A stretch of 64,000 bases of DNA from an uncultured Phycisphaerales bacterium (GTDB lineage: Bacteria; Planctomycetota; Phycisphaerae; Tepidisphaerales; Tepidisphaeraceae), in the NCBI GenBank assembly GCA_963758525.1, contig CAVWVQ010000003.1, positions 544,001 through 608,000 on the forward strand, read 5' to 3'. Made by a program: the position numbers and the translations under genes. The notes under the pieces are model-generated. The model did not search any database, had not been told where the DNA came from, and saw only the letters and a list, made by a program, of their open reading frames with translations. Below are positions 9,810-20,530 of this stretch, in pieces (within the stretch, counting starts at the first letter, position 1; every line of letters begins with the position of its first letter).

Positions 9810-11015
9810 CTATCCCATGCGTCCTGGGCGCAGATTGGCAAGGATAGAACCGGCTGCTGCTGCCATCGGCGGAATCGCCGGCTGGAGATAGCGCAGGGAG
9901 CCGACCGAAGCCATGTGCACGACTGTGAGGTATGCCGCCGGTATCATCAAAAACACCTTTGCCGTCAGGGGGATTCTTCCTCTTATCAGACCCGCCAGCA
10001 ACAGCAGATCAAACGGCACGCAGTACGACAATGCCACCGCCCGGTACGCCGAAGAGGAGTACTGCTCGCTGAGCGGCACCGGCGACCAGAGCCGGGCGAG
10101 CTTCAGAAATGCCAGCGCTATCACGCGACGCGGATGATTGAAAATAAACGCCCGCGCACGACCGGCCAGGTAATCAGATCGCTCGACTTCGCCCATATCG
10201 CGCAACTGAGGCATTTCACGGACAAACGCCTGATTGCTTCCGCCGGTGGCGGCGGGGTTCCAACCATCATACGCCGTGATTCCGCCGTTGGTTGTAGTCC
10301 AAATCCAACGGCCGAGCACGCTGGGCCGCGAATTTCGCCATGCCCAGGGAAGAAGGATGACAGCGACGACCGCTGCTGCCAACACCGCTCGCCTGAGTCG
10401 AGCGGCGCCGCCGCCCCACGACGCCACAGCGAAGATCACCGGCAAAAGCAACACCGACGGGCGAACATATATGGAGAGAGCGAGCGTGGTCGTCCCTGCC
10501 ATCCAGAACCACTTTCGCCGTGGAATAGCGGCAGCATCGTTTCCGTATGACAGCAGAACCATTCCCCACGCGAGCATCGTTGTGAGCAATGTTTCAGAAA
10601 GCAAAAGTCCCGAAAAGTAAATCAAGAGCGGGTTGATCGCAACGAGCAGTGCTGCAAGCAATGCGGCGGCATCCTTACCTGACAAATGCCGGGCAAGAAG
10701 AAATGTCGCAAGTACGGTCGACGTATCCAGCAGCGATTGCAACAGTCGAACGAGCGGAATCAGACAGTCGCACTTTGCGATCATCCACGGATAACCCGGC
10801 ATACGGTAGGCATAGACCGTTTGGCCAAATCGCTCATCAAAAAACTCCGATCCCGCTCCGTAGAAAATGTTGCTCGCAATCGCCAGGTACTCTCGTTGAT
10901 CCGGCAGGGCATCGATTGCCTCTTTATTGCCGGACTGCCTGAATGCCCACCCAAGGCGCAACGAGAGTGCGAGAATAAGAACAATCCAAATAGCCCGCGG
11001 ACGCCGTTGAAACAC
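9810..11015 (-). CDS. GT-C fold membrane glycosyltransferase (ArnT/PMT_2, GT39-like)
   Basis: DQREY, RMPGYP, LLSETL, RP, PWAWRN, TTNGG, RY motifs in a multi-TM protein. Confidence 0.8.
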   Translation of the reverse strand: MFQRRPRAIWIVLILALSLRLGWAFRQSGNKEAIDALPDQREYLAIASNIFYGAGSEFFDERFGQTVYAYRMPGYPWMIAKCDCLIPLVRLLQSLLDTSTVLATFLLARHLSGKDAAALLAALLVAINPLLIYFSGLLLSETLLTTMLAWGMVLLSYGNDAAAIPRRKWFWMAGTTTLALSIYVRPSVLLLPVIFAVASWGGGAARLRRAVLAAAVVAVILLPWAWRNSRPSVLGRWIWTTTNGGITAYDGWNPAATGGSNQAFVREMPQLRDMGEVERSDYLAGRARAFIFNHPRRVIALAFLKLARLWSPVPLSEQYSSSAYRAVALSYCVPFDLLLLAGLIRGRIPLTAKVFLMIPAAYLTVVHMASVGSLRYLQPAIPPMAAAAGSILANLRPGRMG

Positions 11016-11059
11016 CGCGGCAACACTACCAGAAATTTGTGTCGCTCACTTATGCCACC

Positions 11060-11172
11060 CGTGGAACGGGCATCCTGCCCGTGCTGGTGGCGCAGCAGTA
11101 AAAAAGATTCCTTGATCGCGGACAACTTGTTTTCCCCCTCGTCGCCAGCACGGGCAAGATGCCCGTGCCACC
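11060..11172. repeat. REP-like inverted doublet
   Basis: gtggaacgggcatcctgcccgtgctgg ... ccagcacgggcaagatgcccgtgccac; each arm is itself a hairpin. Confidence 0.8.
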
Positions 11173-11184
11173 AGGGCAAGCAAA

Positions 11185-13206
11185 CTACGCCGGGTCGGTG
11201 GCGATCTTGCGCATTGCGGACTCAAGGCGTTGAAAGCTGATCGGTTTTGTGAGGTGATCCGCAAACCCCGCTTCCCGGCTCTTGCGCAGGTCCTCGTCCA
11301 TTCCAAAACCGCTGAGCGCGATGCCGCGCACGCCGTGACTCTGGCGGAGTTGCTTCATCAGATCCAGCCCGCTGCCGTCGGGCAGGCCGATGTCGCTCAC
11401 CAACACGTCGAACTTCTGGGCGGCGAACGCTTTCAACGCGCCGCCGACACTTTGTGCCAGCGTTACGTCATGGCCCAAGTGCCTGAGCAATCGCTCCATT
11501 GCACGAGCGGTGTCTTCGTGATCGTCCACCAGCAGAACTCGCAGCGACTTGGGAGCTTCCGCAGAGACAGCGGGCGGGGCGCCGGAGGAAGGTTTCGGCG
11601 CGTCGGCAGGCGTGAAAGCCGCCGTGAACACGGCGCCCTTTCCTTTCCCGTCGCTCCGCACGGACAGATCTCCGCCCTGCATCTGCATCAGCGATTTGCT
11701 GATCGTCAGTCCCAGCCCCAGCCCCCCGTACTGCCTGGTGATCAATCGCTCGCCCTGCTCGAACGCGTTGAACAGCCGCGGCAGCAGATCCGCGTCGATG
11801 CCGATTCCGGTATCGCGCACCTCCAGAAACAGACGCTCTGCCGCTCCCTCGTTCCCGCGAAAACTGCGGACGCTCACCGAGCCCCCTGCCGGCGTGAACT
11901 TCAGCGCGTTCTTGATGAGGTTCCAGGCGACTTGCTGAAGTCGCGCTGCATCGGCAAGCACCCACGGCGCCGCCTCGTCCAGGTCCACGCGCAATTCCAG
12001 GCCCTTCGCCTCAAACTCCGGGCGGGCGGTTGTGACCACGGTCCCCACCGCTTCGAGAAGATTCGTGGGAACCACGTTCATCGCGAGCTTCCCTTTGCCG
12101 ATCCGCGTCAGATCCAGCAGATCGTCGATGAGCTGCGCCTCCAGTTCCACGTTTCGGCGAATCATCTCCAGCGCGGATTTGGATTCCACGCCGATTCCCG
12201 GCTCAGACTCCAGCGACTGCACGGTGGACAGGACCGGCGTGAGCGGAGTGCGCAACTCATGGCTCAAGATCGACAGGAAACGGTCCTTGGCCGCGTTGGC
12301 GGATTCGGCGGCGTCCTTCAACTCGGCCATTTCCGCCGCGAGCTGGCGATCGCGCTGCTCGCTGGCTTCGGCGGCAGCACGCGCCTCTTTCTCGCGGGCG
12401 AGCATTTCCGCGCGATATTTCTCCGCCAGCTTCCGCTCGGTGATATCGACGCATGACGCGATGTAGCCGGCAAGCGTCCCGCCGGCCAGCAGTCGCGGCG
12501 CGCCGCTGCACAGCACCCATCGCCACTCCCCGTCCGCGCGGCGCAGACGGAATTCCAGATCGAATCGCGCGCCGTTGCGGCCCGCGGCGTCGCAGGCGGC
12601 CAGACAGCGGGCGCGGTCCTCCGGGTGCACCGCGTCGGCCCACCCGAGCCCCGCGCCCGTCTCGGCGGTTTGTCCGGTAAACTCGAGCCACGGCCGGTTT
12701 AGATAGACGCTCGACAGCTTCTCATCCGTCACCAGCAGCATGATGGGCGCGGCATCCGCCATGGTGCGAAACCGCTGCTCGCTCTCGGCGCCGCGCGCCG
12801 TCGCGGTCTGCGCCTGAGATTCAGCCTCGCGGAGCCGCACGACATGACGAACCGCCTGGCTCAAGAGATCGCGCGATAATCGCGACTTGGATAAGGAGTC
12901 ATTGGCGCCTGCCTTCATGATCTCCACGGCAAGCTGCTCATCCACCGGGCCGGTCAGCATGATAATGGGAGTCTGACAGCCCGCCTTGCGTACCTCGCGC
13001 AGCACGCTGAGGCCGTCGATTCCCGCAAGCTGATAATCGAGCAGCGCGCAATCGAAGGGTTCAGAGAGCAGCAGCTTCATGCCCTCCGCGCCGCTGCATG
13101 CCGACAGATATTCCGCGCCGAGCCCCGACGCGTTGAGCGCGCTGCGGGCCATTTCACGGTCAACTTCGTCATCCTCGATAATGAGAATTTTCACGCGCTG
13201 CACCAT
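11185..13206 (-). CDS. Hybrid sensor histidine kinase (REC-PAS-HisKA-HATPase-REC)
   Basis: N-terminal receiver, PAS (VHPEDR), SHELRTPL, NLIKNA, DTGIG, GLGLGL, C-terminal receiver. Confidence 0.95.
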   Translation of the reverse strand: MVQRVKILIIEDDEVDREMARSALNASGLGAEYLSACSGAEGMKLLLSEPFDCALLDYQLAGIDGLSVLREVRKAGCQTPIIMLTGPVDEQLAVEIMKAGANDSLSKSRLSRDLLSQAVRHVVRLREAESQAQTATARGAESEQRFRTMADAAPIMLLVTDEKLSSVYLNRPWLEFTGQTAETGAGLGWADAVHPEDRARCLAACDAAGRNGARFDLEFRLRRADGEWRWVLCSGAPRLLAGGTLAGYIASCVDITERKLAEKYRAEMLAREKEARAAAEASEQRDRQLAAEMAELKDAAESANAAKDRFLSILSHELRTPLTPVLSTVQSLESEPGIGVESKSALEMIRRNVELEAQLIDDLLDLTRIGKGKLAMNVVPTNLLEAVGTVVTTARPEFEAKGLELRVDLDEAAPWVLADAARLQQVAWNLIKNALKFTPAGGSVSVRSFRGNEGAAERLFLEVRDTGIGIDADLLPRLFNAFEQGERLITRQYGGLGLGLTISKSLMQMQGGDLSVRSDGKGKGAVFTAAFTPADAPKPSSGAPPAVSAEAPKSLRVLLVDDHEDTARAMERLLRHLGHDVTLAQSVGGALKAFAAQKFDVLVSDIGLPDGSGLDLMKQLRQSHGVRGIALSGFGMDEDLRKSREAGFADHLTKPISFQRLESAMRKIATDPA

Positions 13207-13224
13207 ACCCGCGACGCCCGCGCA

Positions 13225-13259
13225 ACCCTAGCCCTCCCCCGGCGTACCAGGGGAGGGGA
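13225..13259. repeat. Palindromic element, CCCTCYCCCGGNGTACCRGGGAGRGG family
   Basis: gccctcccccggcgtaccaggggagggg; relatives at 25592-25726, 29684-29713, 47555-47582. Confidence 0.75.
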
Positions 13260-13367
13260 AAAGCGGGCCAGCCTAAAATGTGACACACGCTTCATCTCGG
13301 CAATTTGCGACGGGCGAGGGCGCGTGATACGGTAAAATGTCGAATTCATTCGTGAAAGAGGGACCGT

Positions 13368-14081
13368 TTGCCAGACTACGCACAATACGCATCAAGTTCG
13401 ACGGCGTTCAGCGGCGAAGTGCCCGCCAATCTGCAGTGCGGCTTCTGCAAGGCGCCGATCCAGGGAGCTTTCTACCGGACGTTCAACCGCTTCGCATGCG
13501 AAAACTGCGTCAAGCAGATCAGCGGCGTGATCGAGAAAAACGTGGCGGTGCCGGGGCCGCTGTTGAAGGCGTCCGCGGCAGGGCTTGTGGTCGCGGCGGT
13601 TTGCGCGGCGGCGTGGGCCGCGATCGTTCAGATCACCCATTATCAGATCGGCATCGTGGCGTCATTCATCGGCGTCGCTGTCGGCAAAGCCGTTTTCATC
13701 GCGTCAGACAAGCGACGCGGTCACGCGTATCAAGTGATCGCCGCGCTCTTTTCCGTGGTGGGGATTCTCGGCGGCAAGCTGCTGCTGACTGGATGGCAGG
13801 TTGCCGACGAGCTGAGCCGTCAGAATCTTGCGGCCACGCCGATTCAAATTGTGCGAATCGTCATCAAGTTTACCGAGAACGATCCGTCGGCGGTGTTCAA
13901 CGCTTTCGATCTCCTCTGGGTCGGCATCGCGGTCTACGCGGCGTGGCGGATTTGCAAGGCGCCGCAGATCACTGTCGCAGGGCCGTTTCCGCTGAATCCG
14001 ACTTCGACCAATCCAATGCAATTTGACACTGTCGAACATGTCGATCCAGTGGAATCGTCCGATTTGCCGGAGGCGCATTGA
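13368..14081 (+). CDS. Hypothetical membrane protein with N-terminal zinc-ribbon-like CxxC pairs
   Basis: CGFC..CENC followed by about 4 hydrophobic helices; stop overlaps the next start. Confidence 0.75.
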   Translation: MPDYAQYASSSTAFSGEVPANLQCGFCKAPIQGAFYRTFNRFACENCVKQISGVIEKNVAVPGPLLKASAAGLVVAAVCAAAWAAIVQITHYQIGIVASFIGVAVGKAVFIASDKRRGHAYQVIAALFSVVGILGGKLLLTGWQVADELSRQNLAATPIQIVRIVIKFTENDPSAVFNAFDLLWVGIAVYAAWRICKAPQITVAGPFPLNPTSTNPMQFDTVEHVDPVESSDLPEAH

Positions 14082-15079
14082 CGACAGCGTCCGCGCCGAC
14101 CTGCGCCCGTTGCGGGGCGGCGCTTCCAGCCGATGCATTGGCATGTCCGCGGTGCGGCGCGCTGATTCACGCGGAGGAACTCAAGCAGCTTGCTGCCGAG
14201 GCGGCATGGCAGTCGCAATACAACCCCGAGCGGGCGATCGCCCTTTGGGAAGAATGCGTCAAACGTCTGCCGCCGCAATCCAAACAATATGCCGCGACGC
14301 AAGCGGAGATCGGGAAGTTGCGCGCGAGCTCGCGGTCGACCGTGGAGGTTGAACCGGGCGCGGTTCCGGCCGCCCGCCAGGATCCATTGGGCGTCTCGCT
14401 GCTCAAGACCGGCGTTTCAATGCTCATCAGCATCGTCGTGTACAAGTTCAGCTTCGGCTGGCCCGGGGCGATCGGGTTTGTCCTGCTGATTCTCATCCAT
14501 GAACTGGGGCATGTCATCGCGAATCTTCATTACGGCTTGCCCGCGAGCGCGCCGATTTTCATCCCCTACGTCGGAGCGGTGATCAACCTGCGTGGGGCGC
14601 CGAAGAACGCGTACGTCGAAGCGGTCATTGGCATCGCCGGCCCCGTTGCCGGCGCGCTCGCATCGCTTGCCTGCTTCGCCTGGTATGCGTCGGGCGGCCC
14701 TCAAATCGCGCTGACCCTCTCCTGGTTCGGGTTCATGATGAATCTGTTCAATCTCCTGCCCGTCCCGCCATTGGACGGCGGCCGCGTGGCGGCGGCGATC
14801 AGTCCGTGGATCTGGGTGCTGGGGCTGGGGGGAATGGGCTGGATGCTGCTGGATGAATTCAAAGGCGGCCGCGGGCCGGGGATACTGTTGATCATCTTGA
14901 TTGTGGCGCTTCCCAGGATCATCAGCACGCTCAAACCATCCGGGCGCTCCGGCCCCTATTATGCGATCGGCAAGGTGGCTCCGGTTGTTATCGGCATCTC
15001 GTATCTTGCGCTGCTTGGCCTGCTTGCGGGCATGCGGTGGTATACCGCGGCGTTGTTGCCGCCGGGCAACGGTTTTTGA
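14078..15079 (+). CDS. Site-2 protease (peptidase M50) with N-terminal zinc ribbon
   Basis: HELGH, AGP, NLLPVPPLDGG; CARC..CPRC at the N-terminus. Confidence 0.93.
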   Translation: MTTASAPTCARCGAALPADALACPRCGALIHAEELKQLAAEAAWQSQYNPERAIALWEECVKRLPPQSKQYAATQAEIGKLRASSRSTVEVEPGAVPAARQDPLGVSLLKTGVSMLISIVVYKFSFGWPGAIGFVLLILIHELGHVIANLHYGLPASAPIFIPYVGAVINLRGAPKNAYVEAVIGIAGPVAGALASLACFAWYASGGPQIALTLSWFGFMMNLFNLLPVPPLDGGRVAAAISPWIWVLGLGGMGWMLLDEFKGGRGPGILLIILIVALPRIISTLKPSGRSGPYYAIGKVAPVVIGISYLALLGLLAGMRWYTAALLPPGNGF

Positions 15080-15098
15080 GGACACCGCCGGGGCGGGG

Positions 15099-15270
15099 GA
15101 TCTCAAATTTGAAATTTGAAATTTGAAATCCCAGATATTTCAGATCCGAGATTTGAAATTTGAGATTTGAAATTTGAGATTTGAGATTTGAGATCTGAGA
15201 TTTGAGATTTGAGATTTGAGATTTTAGATCTGAGATTTCAGATTTCAGATTTGAGATTTCAGATTCGAGA
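15099..15270. repeat. Heptamer microsatellite (ATTTGAG/ATTTGAA/ATTTCAG), more than 20 units
   Basis: Directly visible between convergent genes. Confidence 0.95.
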
Positions 15271-15281
15271 AAGATCCAAAC

Positions 15282-17054
15282 CTACGACGGCTCCGCGGGA
15301 ATGGGAAAGTGAAGGCGAAACCGGGACCCCGCGCCGGGCGTGCTGTAGACGTCGATGCCTCCGCCGTGCACCTGAGCGACGTGCTTCACGATGGACAGGC
15401 CCAGACCCGTGCCGCCCATTTCGCGCGAGCGGGAGCGATCGACGCGATAGAACCGCTCGAAAATGCGCGGGATGTCGTCGGTTGGAATTCCCAGGCCGTT
15501 GTCGGCAACTTCCACGAACACCTCGAAGTCCTCTTGTCCGACGGTGACGCCGATGGTGCCGCCCTCCTGCGTGTACTTGATGGCGTTGTCGACGAGATTG
15601 GCGATCGCGCGATCGATGTAGTCGGGATTGCCCAGCACTCTGGGAAGATTCACCGCCGATTCCAGCCGCAAGGTTTGCTTTTTTTTCTGGGCGGCGGGCA
15701 GCAGCAGCTCGGTAATCCGGCGGGCCAGGGCCGGAATGTCAACGCTCACCGGTCGCGGCAACTCCGGCGAGCCTTCCAGCCGTGACAATTCCAGCAGATC
15801 GTTGACCAGATTCGTCAGTTGATCGACATGCTTGCTGATGGTCGCCAGAAACTGCATTCCCTTTTCCGGATCGCGCAACGCGCCGTCCTGCAGCGTCTCG
15901 GTAAATCCCTTGATGACCGTCAGCGGCGTTCGCAACTCATGGCTGACGTTCGCGACGAACTCCTTGCGCAGCTCCTGATAGCGCACCGACCGCGTCGTAT
16001 CGTGAGCGACGATGACGATTCCCGTCGCCCGGCCCATCTGCGGGTACTGCCGGATCGTGATCTCCAGATGCCGGCCCATCATCGGGCTCACGGGAAACGC
16101 CGACACCTCCTCTCCCGCCAGCGCCGCGGTGGCGGCGCGCAGGATCGGCTCGACCCGCAGCACCTCCCACAGCGCCTTGCCAATGGCGCCGGCCCCGTCA
16201 AAATCGAGCAGTTCGGCGGCCTTTTCATTGGCCAGAAGAATGCGCTGCGATCGATCGGCCGCGATGACGCCCTCGCTCATGCTGGCGAGGATCGCCGAAA
16301 GCTCAGCGCGATCGTTGGCGGTTTGCTGGATAAGGCCACTGAGTGATTCAGCCATGGTGTTCAACGATGTTGAGAGTGTCCCTATTTCTCCACCGCCAGA
16401 CGGGTGAAAACGGCGGTTCAGTTCTCCCCGAGACAGTGCGTTGGCGAAGGCCGCGACCTCCCGCACCGGCTCGGAACTGACCGACACGAGATAAAAGCAC
16501 AGCGCCGCCGCCACGCACATCGCCACGAGCGACATCGCGGCAATCGCGCCGTACACGACCCGCAGCTGGTGATCCAGATCCGAGAGGTGAACGGCGCAAC
16601 GCACGAAGATCCTGCTTCCATCCGAAGTGCTCTCTCGCCGCGCGACGTAGAGCAGATCGGTGTCGATCGTGTCGCTGTGCCGCACCGCGCTTCCCTCGCC
16701 CTGGGCCAGCGCCTCGACGACCTCGGGACGGTTCAGATGGTTTTCCATCCGGCTCGGGTCTGCCTCGTTGTCGCCCAGCACCCTCCCGTCGCCGGCAATG
16801 ATCGTGAGCCGGTATCGCAGCGGATCGTGCAGTTTTTGAACGAGCCGCTCGACTCCCGGCGCGTCGCCCGACTCGATCAACGGCGCCGCCAGTTGCCAGA
16901 CAAGCGCTGCCTCGCGGCTCAGCGACTGTCGGGTTTCCTGAAAATACGTGGTGCGCAATCGCAGCGCGGCGAACAACCCGACCGCTCCCGTCGCCGCACA
17001 TAACAACAGAAGGTAGGGAAGAAACAGGCGCCGAAAAAACCTGCTGGAAAGCAC
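15282..17054 (-). CDS. phoR: Phosphate regulon sensor kinase PhoR (HAMP-PAS-HisKA-HATPase)
   Basis: ENHLNRPEV, EFVANVSHELRTPLT, FERFYRVDRSRSREMGGTGLGL; downstream of phoB; start at GTG 17054 or 17090. Confidence 0.92.
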   Translation of the reverse strand: MLSSRFFRRLFLPYLLLLCAATGAVGLFAALRLRTTYFQETRQSLSREAALVWQLAAPLIESGDAPGVERLVQKLHDPLRYRLTIIAGDGRVLGDNEADPSRMENHLNRPEVVEALAQGEGSAVRHSDTIDTDLLYVARRESTSDGSRIFVRCAVHLSDLDHQLRVVYGAIAAMSLVAMCVAAALCFYLVSVSSEPVREVAAFANALSRGELNRRFHPSGGGEIGTLSTSLNTMAESLSGLIQQTANDRAELSAILASMSEGVIAADRSQRILLANEKAAELLDFDGAGAIGKALWEVLRVEPILRAATAALAGEEVSAFPVSPMMGRHLEITIRQYPQMGRATGIVIVAHDTTRSVRYQELRKEFVANVSHELRTPLTVIKGFTETLQDGALRDPEKGMQFLATISKHVDQLTNLVNDLLELSRLEGSPELPRPVSVDIPALARRITELLLPAAQKKKQTLRLESAVNLPRVLGNPDYIDRAIANLVDNAIKYTQEGGTIGVTVGQEDFEVFVEVADNGLGIPTDDIPRIFERFYRVDRSRSREMGGTGLGLSIVKHVAQVHGGGIDVYSTPGAGSRFRLHFPIPAEPS

Positions 17055-17126
17055 GCATGCATCATATGCCAGGCGAGCGGCGTTCACCAAAATGCATCCC
17101 GAAGGGCAACACTGAACACCGCAAAA

Positions 17127-17849
17127 CTATGATTGGCCGCCCGCCACCGAGTTCTCCGCGAGGGCGTCCGCCTGGAACTTGTAGCCGAAGCCCCGCACGG
17201 TTTCGATCATTTCGCCGCCGGCTCCGAGCTTCTTGCGAATGGCGGTGATGTGCACGTCGACGGTCCGGTCGAACACCGCCGAGTCGGTTTCCAGCGCGGC
17301 GTCAATGATTTCGTCGCGGCTGAAGACGCGTCCCGGGCGCGCGGCCAGAAACTGGAGAATGCGAAATTCGGTGGCCGTCAGCGAGACGCGCGTTCCCGCG
17401 AACTTCACTTCATGCCCGTTGAGATCGATGGTCAGCTCCCCGGTGCGGATGAGCTGAGGCGTTTCCTGCTGGCTGGAACTGCGGCGCAACACCGCCTTCA
17501 CGCGGGCGACCACCTCGCGCGGACTGAAAGGCTTGGTGATGTAGTCGTCGGCGCCAAGCTCCAGGCCGACGATTCGGTCCGCCTCGGTGGCCTTGGCCGT
17601 CAGCATGATCACCGGCGTTCGGGCCGAACGATGATCGGCGCGAAGGCGCTGGCACACCTGCAGCCCGTCGATGCCCGGCATCATCAGGTCCAGCACCACC
17701 AGCTCCGGCCGATGGCGCTTGATGACCTCCAGGCCGCTCTGCCCGTCGCTGGCCGCGATCACATCGTACCCCTCCTTCTCGAGGTTGTATCGCAACAACT
17801 CGATCAGGTCCTTCTCGTCGTCAATCACCAGAATGGTGCCTTTATTCAT
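17127..17849 (-). CDS. phoB: OmpR-family response regulator PhoB/PhoP
   Basis: Receiver DD..D..K plus winged helix (DRTVDVHI, TVRGFGY); in pst/phoU cluster. Confidence 0.9.
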   Translation of the reverse strand: MNKGTILVIDDEKDLIELLRYNLEKEGYDVIAASDGQSGLEVIKRHRPELVVLDLMMPGIDGLQVCQRLRADHRSARTPVIMLTAKATEADRIVGLELGADDYITKPFSPREVVARVKAVLRRSSSQQETPQLIRTGELTIDLNGHEVKFAGTRVSLTATEFRILQFLAARPGRVFSRDEIIDAALETDSAVFDRTVDVHITAIRKKLGAGGEMIETVRGFGYKFQADALAENSVAGGQS

Positions 17850-18577
17850 AAATTCACTCCGGCTCCAGGGGAGCCGACTCGCGATGCAAGGTCGACCGAA
17901 TTGGTCTTGCTGCCGGGCATGAGCGACGGCTTTTGATGCCGAACGTCCCGGCCCTGAATCCAGTAGATGATTTCCTCGGCAATATTTGTGGCGTGGTCGC
18001 CGATCCGCTCGAGATTCCGCGAGATCAGCACCAGCGACATCGCCTGCTGAATCGTGCGCGGATCGCCCATCATGTGCGTCAGCAGGATGCGGAAGATCTG
18101 ATCGCGGAATGCGTCAACCGTATCCTCATCCTCCAAAACCTTGTCGGCCAGCGCGACGTCGCGATTCGACATCGCCGTCAGGCTGTTCCGCAACATCTTC
18201 TGCGCGACCTGGGCCATGATGGGCAGATCAACCAGCGGTTTGATGGGCGGACCTTCCAGAACGTAGTGCGTGTTCTGGCAGATGTTCACCGCCTGATCCG
18301 CGACACGCTCCAGCTCGCCGCCGATCCGCGACGCCATGAAAACGAATCGCACGTCGGCGGCAACCGGCTGCTGCAGCGCGGTGAGCTTGACGGCCTTGTC
18401 GTCCACCTCCACCTGCAGGGCATTGACTTCCTTTTCCTTGTCCAGGCAGCTTGTCGAGAGAGCCTCGTTGCGCTCGATGAGCGCGCGCATGGCAAGCTCG
18501 ATCATCTTTTCGGTGATGCTCCCCATCACCACCACCTTCTGCAGCAATTCCTCGAGCAACTCATCAAAGTGTCGCAT
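17846..18577 (-). CDS. phoU: Phosphate signalling protein PhoU
   Basis: QQPVAADVR, ELERVADQA, LERIGDHATNIAE. Confidence 0.96.
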   Translation of the reverse strand: MRHFDELLEELLQKVVVMGSITEKMIELAMRALIERNEALSTSCLDKEKEVNALQVEVDDKAVKLTALQQPVAADVRFVFMASRIGGELERVADQAVNICQNTHYVLEGPPIKPLVDLPIMAQVAQKMLRNSLTAMSNRDVALADKVLEDEDTVDAFRDQIFRILLTHMMGDPRTIQQAMSLVLISRNLERIGDHATNIAEEIIYWIQGRDVRHQKPSLMPGSKTNSVDLASRVGSPGAGVNL

Positions 18578-18628
18578 GACGCTGTTCCCTTTCGGTGTCT
18601 AACTCAGCAGCGGCCTTAACGAATCGGG

Positions 18629-19582
18629 TTATCCGAAGCGTCCCGTCACGTATGCCTCGGTTTCCTTCAGGTGCGGATTGAGGAAGATGCTGTTGGTCGG
18701 CCCATATTCAATCAGCCGGCCCAGGTACATGAAGGCGGTGTAGTCGCTGCATCGCGCGGCCTGCTGCATGTTGTGCGTGACGATCACCACCGTGTACTTG
18801 CCACGGAGCTGATAGATCAGGTCTTCGATCTTCGCTGTCGCCACGGGGTCCAGGGCAGAGCACGGCTCGTCCATCAGCAGGACCTCCGGCTCGGCGGCAA
18901 TCGCGCGGGCGATGCACAGGCGCTGCTGCTGACCGCCGGACATGCCAAGGGCGCTTTGGTGCAGCCGGTCCTTCACCTCATCCCACAGCGCCGCTCCGCG
19001 CAAGGATCGCTCGCAGACCTCGTACAGCACGCTGCGCCGCTTTTCCCCGCCGATGCGCAGCGCATAGACCACGTTCTCGAAAATCGACATGGGAAACGGA
19101 TTGGACTTTTGAAACACCATCCCCATCCGCTTTCGCAATTCGATGACATCGACGGCGCGGTCGTGAATCGGCTGCCCGTTGAACAGGATCCTTCCCTCCA
19201 AACGGATGTGATCGATCAGATCATTGAGCCGGTTGATGCTGCGCAGCAGTGTCGATTTTCCGCAGCCGGACGGCCCGATCAGCGCCGTGACTTTGCCGAC
19301 GGGGATGGTCATGGTAATGCCATGCAGCGCCTGCGACTTGCCATAGAAGAGCTTGAAATCCTCGACGCTGACCACGAATTTCTCGGCCGCCAGCTCCGGG
19401 TGAACTTCCGTTCCGCGCTTGGTGTCGGGCGTCACCAGCGTCGCACTGGCGGTTTGCCGGGGGGACGGGCGCGGCGGTGACGGAGGCTCGTGCGCGGGCG
19501 GCGCAACGATCTGCCGCTCCACCGGCGCCGGCGGAACCACCGTCGTCTGGGTTGTTACGGGAGTCTCGGCTGCGGTACTCAT
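18629..19582 (-). CDS. pstB: Phosphate ABC transporter ATPase
   Basis: [42 protein letters not shown]. Confidence 0.97.
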   Translation of the reverse strand: MSTAAETPVTTQTTVVPPAPVERQIVAPPAHEPPSPPRPSPRQTASATLVTPDTKRGTEVHPELAAEKFVVSVEDFKLFYGKSQALHGITMTIPVGKVTALIGPSGCGKSTLLRSINRLNDLIDHIRLEGRILFNGQPIHDRAVDVIELRKRMGMVFQKSNPFPMSIFENVVYALRIGGEKRRSVLYEVCERSLRGAALWDEVKDRLHQSALGMSGGQQQRLCIARAIAAEPEVLLMDEPCSALDPVATAKIEDLIYQLRGKYTVVIVTHNMQQAARCSDYTAFMYLGRLIEYGPTNSIFLNPHLKETEAYVTGRFG

Positions 19583-19612
19583 TTCAATCGCTCCGGAAAC
19601 GGCTTGCGGCCT

Positions 19613-20523
19613 TTAGTGTTTTCGCTGTCGCGAGATCGTCGCGATAAACATTCGCACCATGATGTTCAGAACGAATATCAGCAGGATCAGGATCAGGATT
19701 CCCGCCCAGGCGAGTTGTCGCTGCGCCGGGTCAGGTCCGCTGGCGTACCTGAAAATATCCAATGTCAGCGCGGGGAAAGGCTGTTTCGGGTCGTGCGACA
19801 GCAACGTGGAACCCAGCGCGGTGAAGAGCAGCGGCGCCGTTTCCCCCGCCACCCGCGCCACCGCCAGCATCACTCCCGTAATGATGCTTCCCGTGGCGGC
19901 GGGCAGCACCACGATCAGAATCGTCCACGCCTTGGTGGCGCCCAGGGCGATCGACGCCTCGCGATAACTCCTTGGCACCAGCAGCAGCATTTCCTCGGTC
20001 GTGCGGGCCACGATCGGGATCATGATAAACGCCAGCGCCAGCGCCCCGGCATATCCGCTGTAGTGACCCAACGGCACCACGACCAGCTGATAACCGAGGA
20101 TCCCGACGACGATGCTCGGCACGCCCGTCAGCACGTCGGCGATAAATCGCGTTGGCGTCGCAAGAATCGAATTGGCGCTGTATTCCGACAGATAGATCCC
20201 GCACAGCATTCCGATCGGAACCCCCACCAGGCTTGCGAGGCCGATCAGAATGCAGGTTCCCTCGACCGCGTTCTTCATTCCCCCCGGCGCCCCTGCATGC
20301 CAGGGGGGATCGGCATTTCCGTGAAGAACGACCAGTGCAGCGACTTGAAGCCGATGTGCGTCAGGTATCCCGTCACCAGCGCTAGCAGGGTGATGATGAT
20401 CAGCGTGAACACAACGCAGATGCCGAACATGACGGTGCTCTTGGCACGGGAGAGCGCCACGAAAATCGCATGCGCTTCGTGCCGGCCGGGAGAGGTTGGG
20501 ATCACATTGGTCATGAGAAGCAA
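19613..20523 (-). CDS. pstA: Phosphate ABC transporter permease PstA (frameshift near 20285-20295)
   Basis: ORFs 20275..20523 and 19613..20278 join; GVPSIVVG, REASIALGA, RVAGETAP. Confidence 0.92.
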
Positions 20524-20530
20524 TCAGCCG

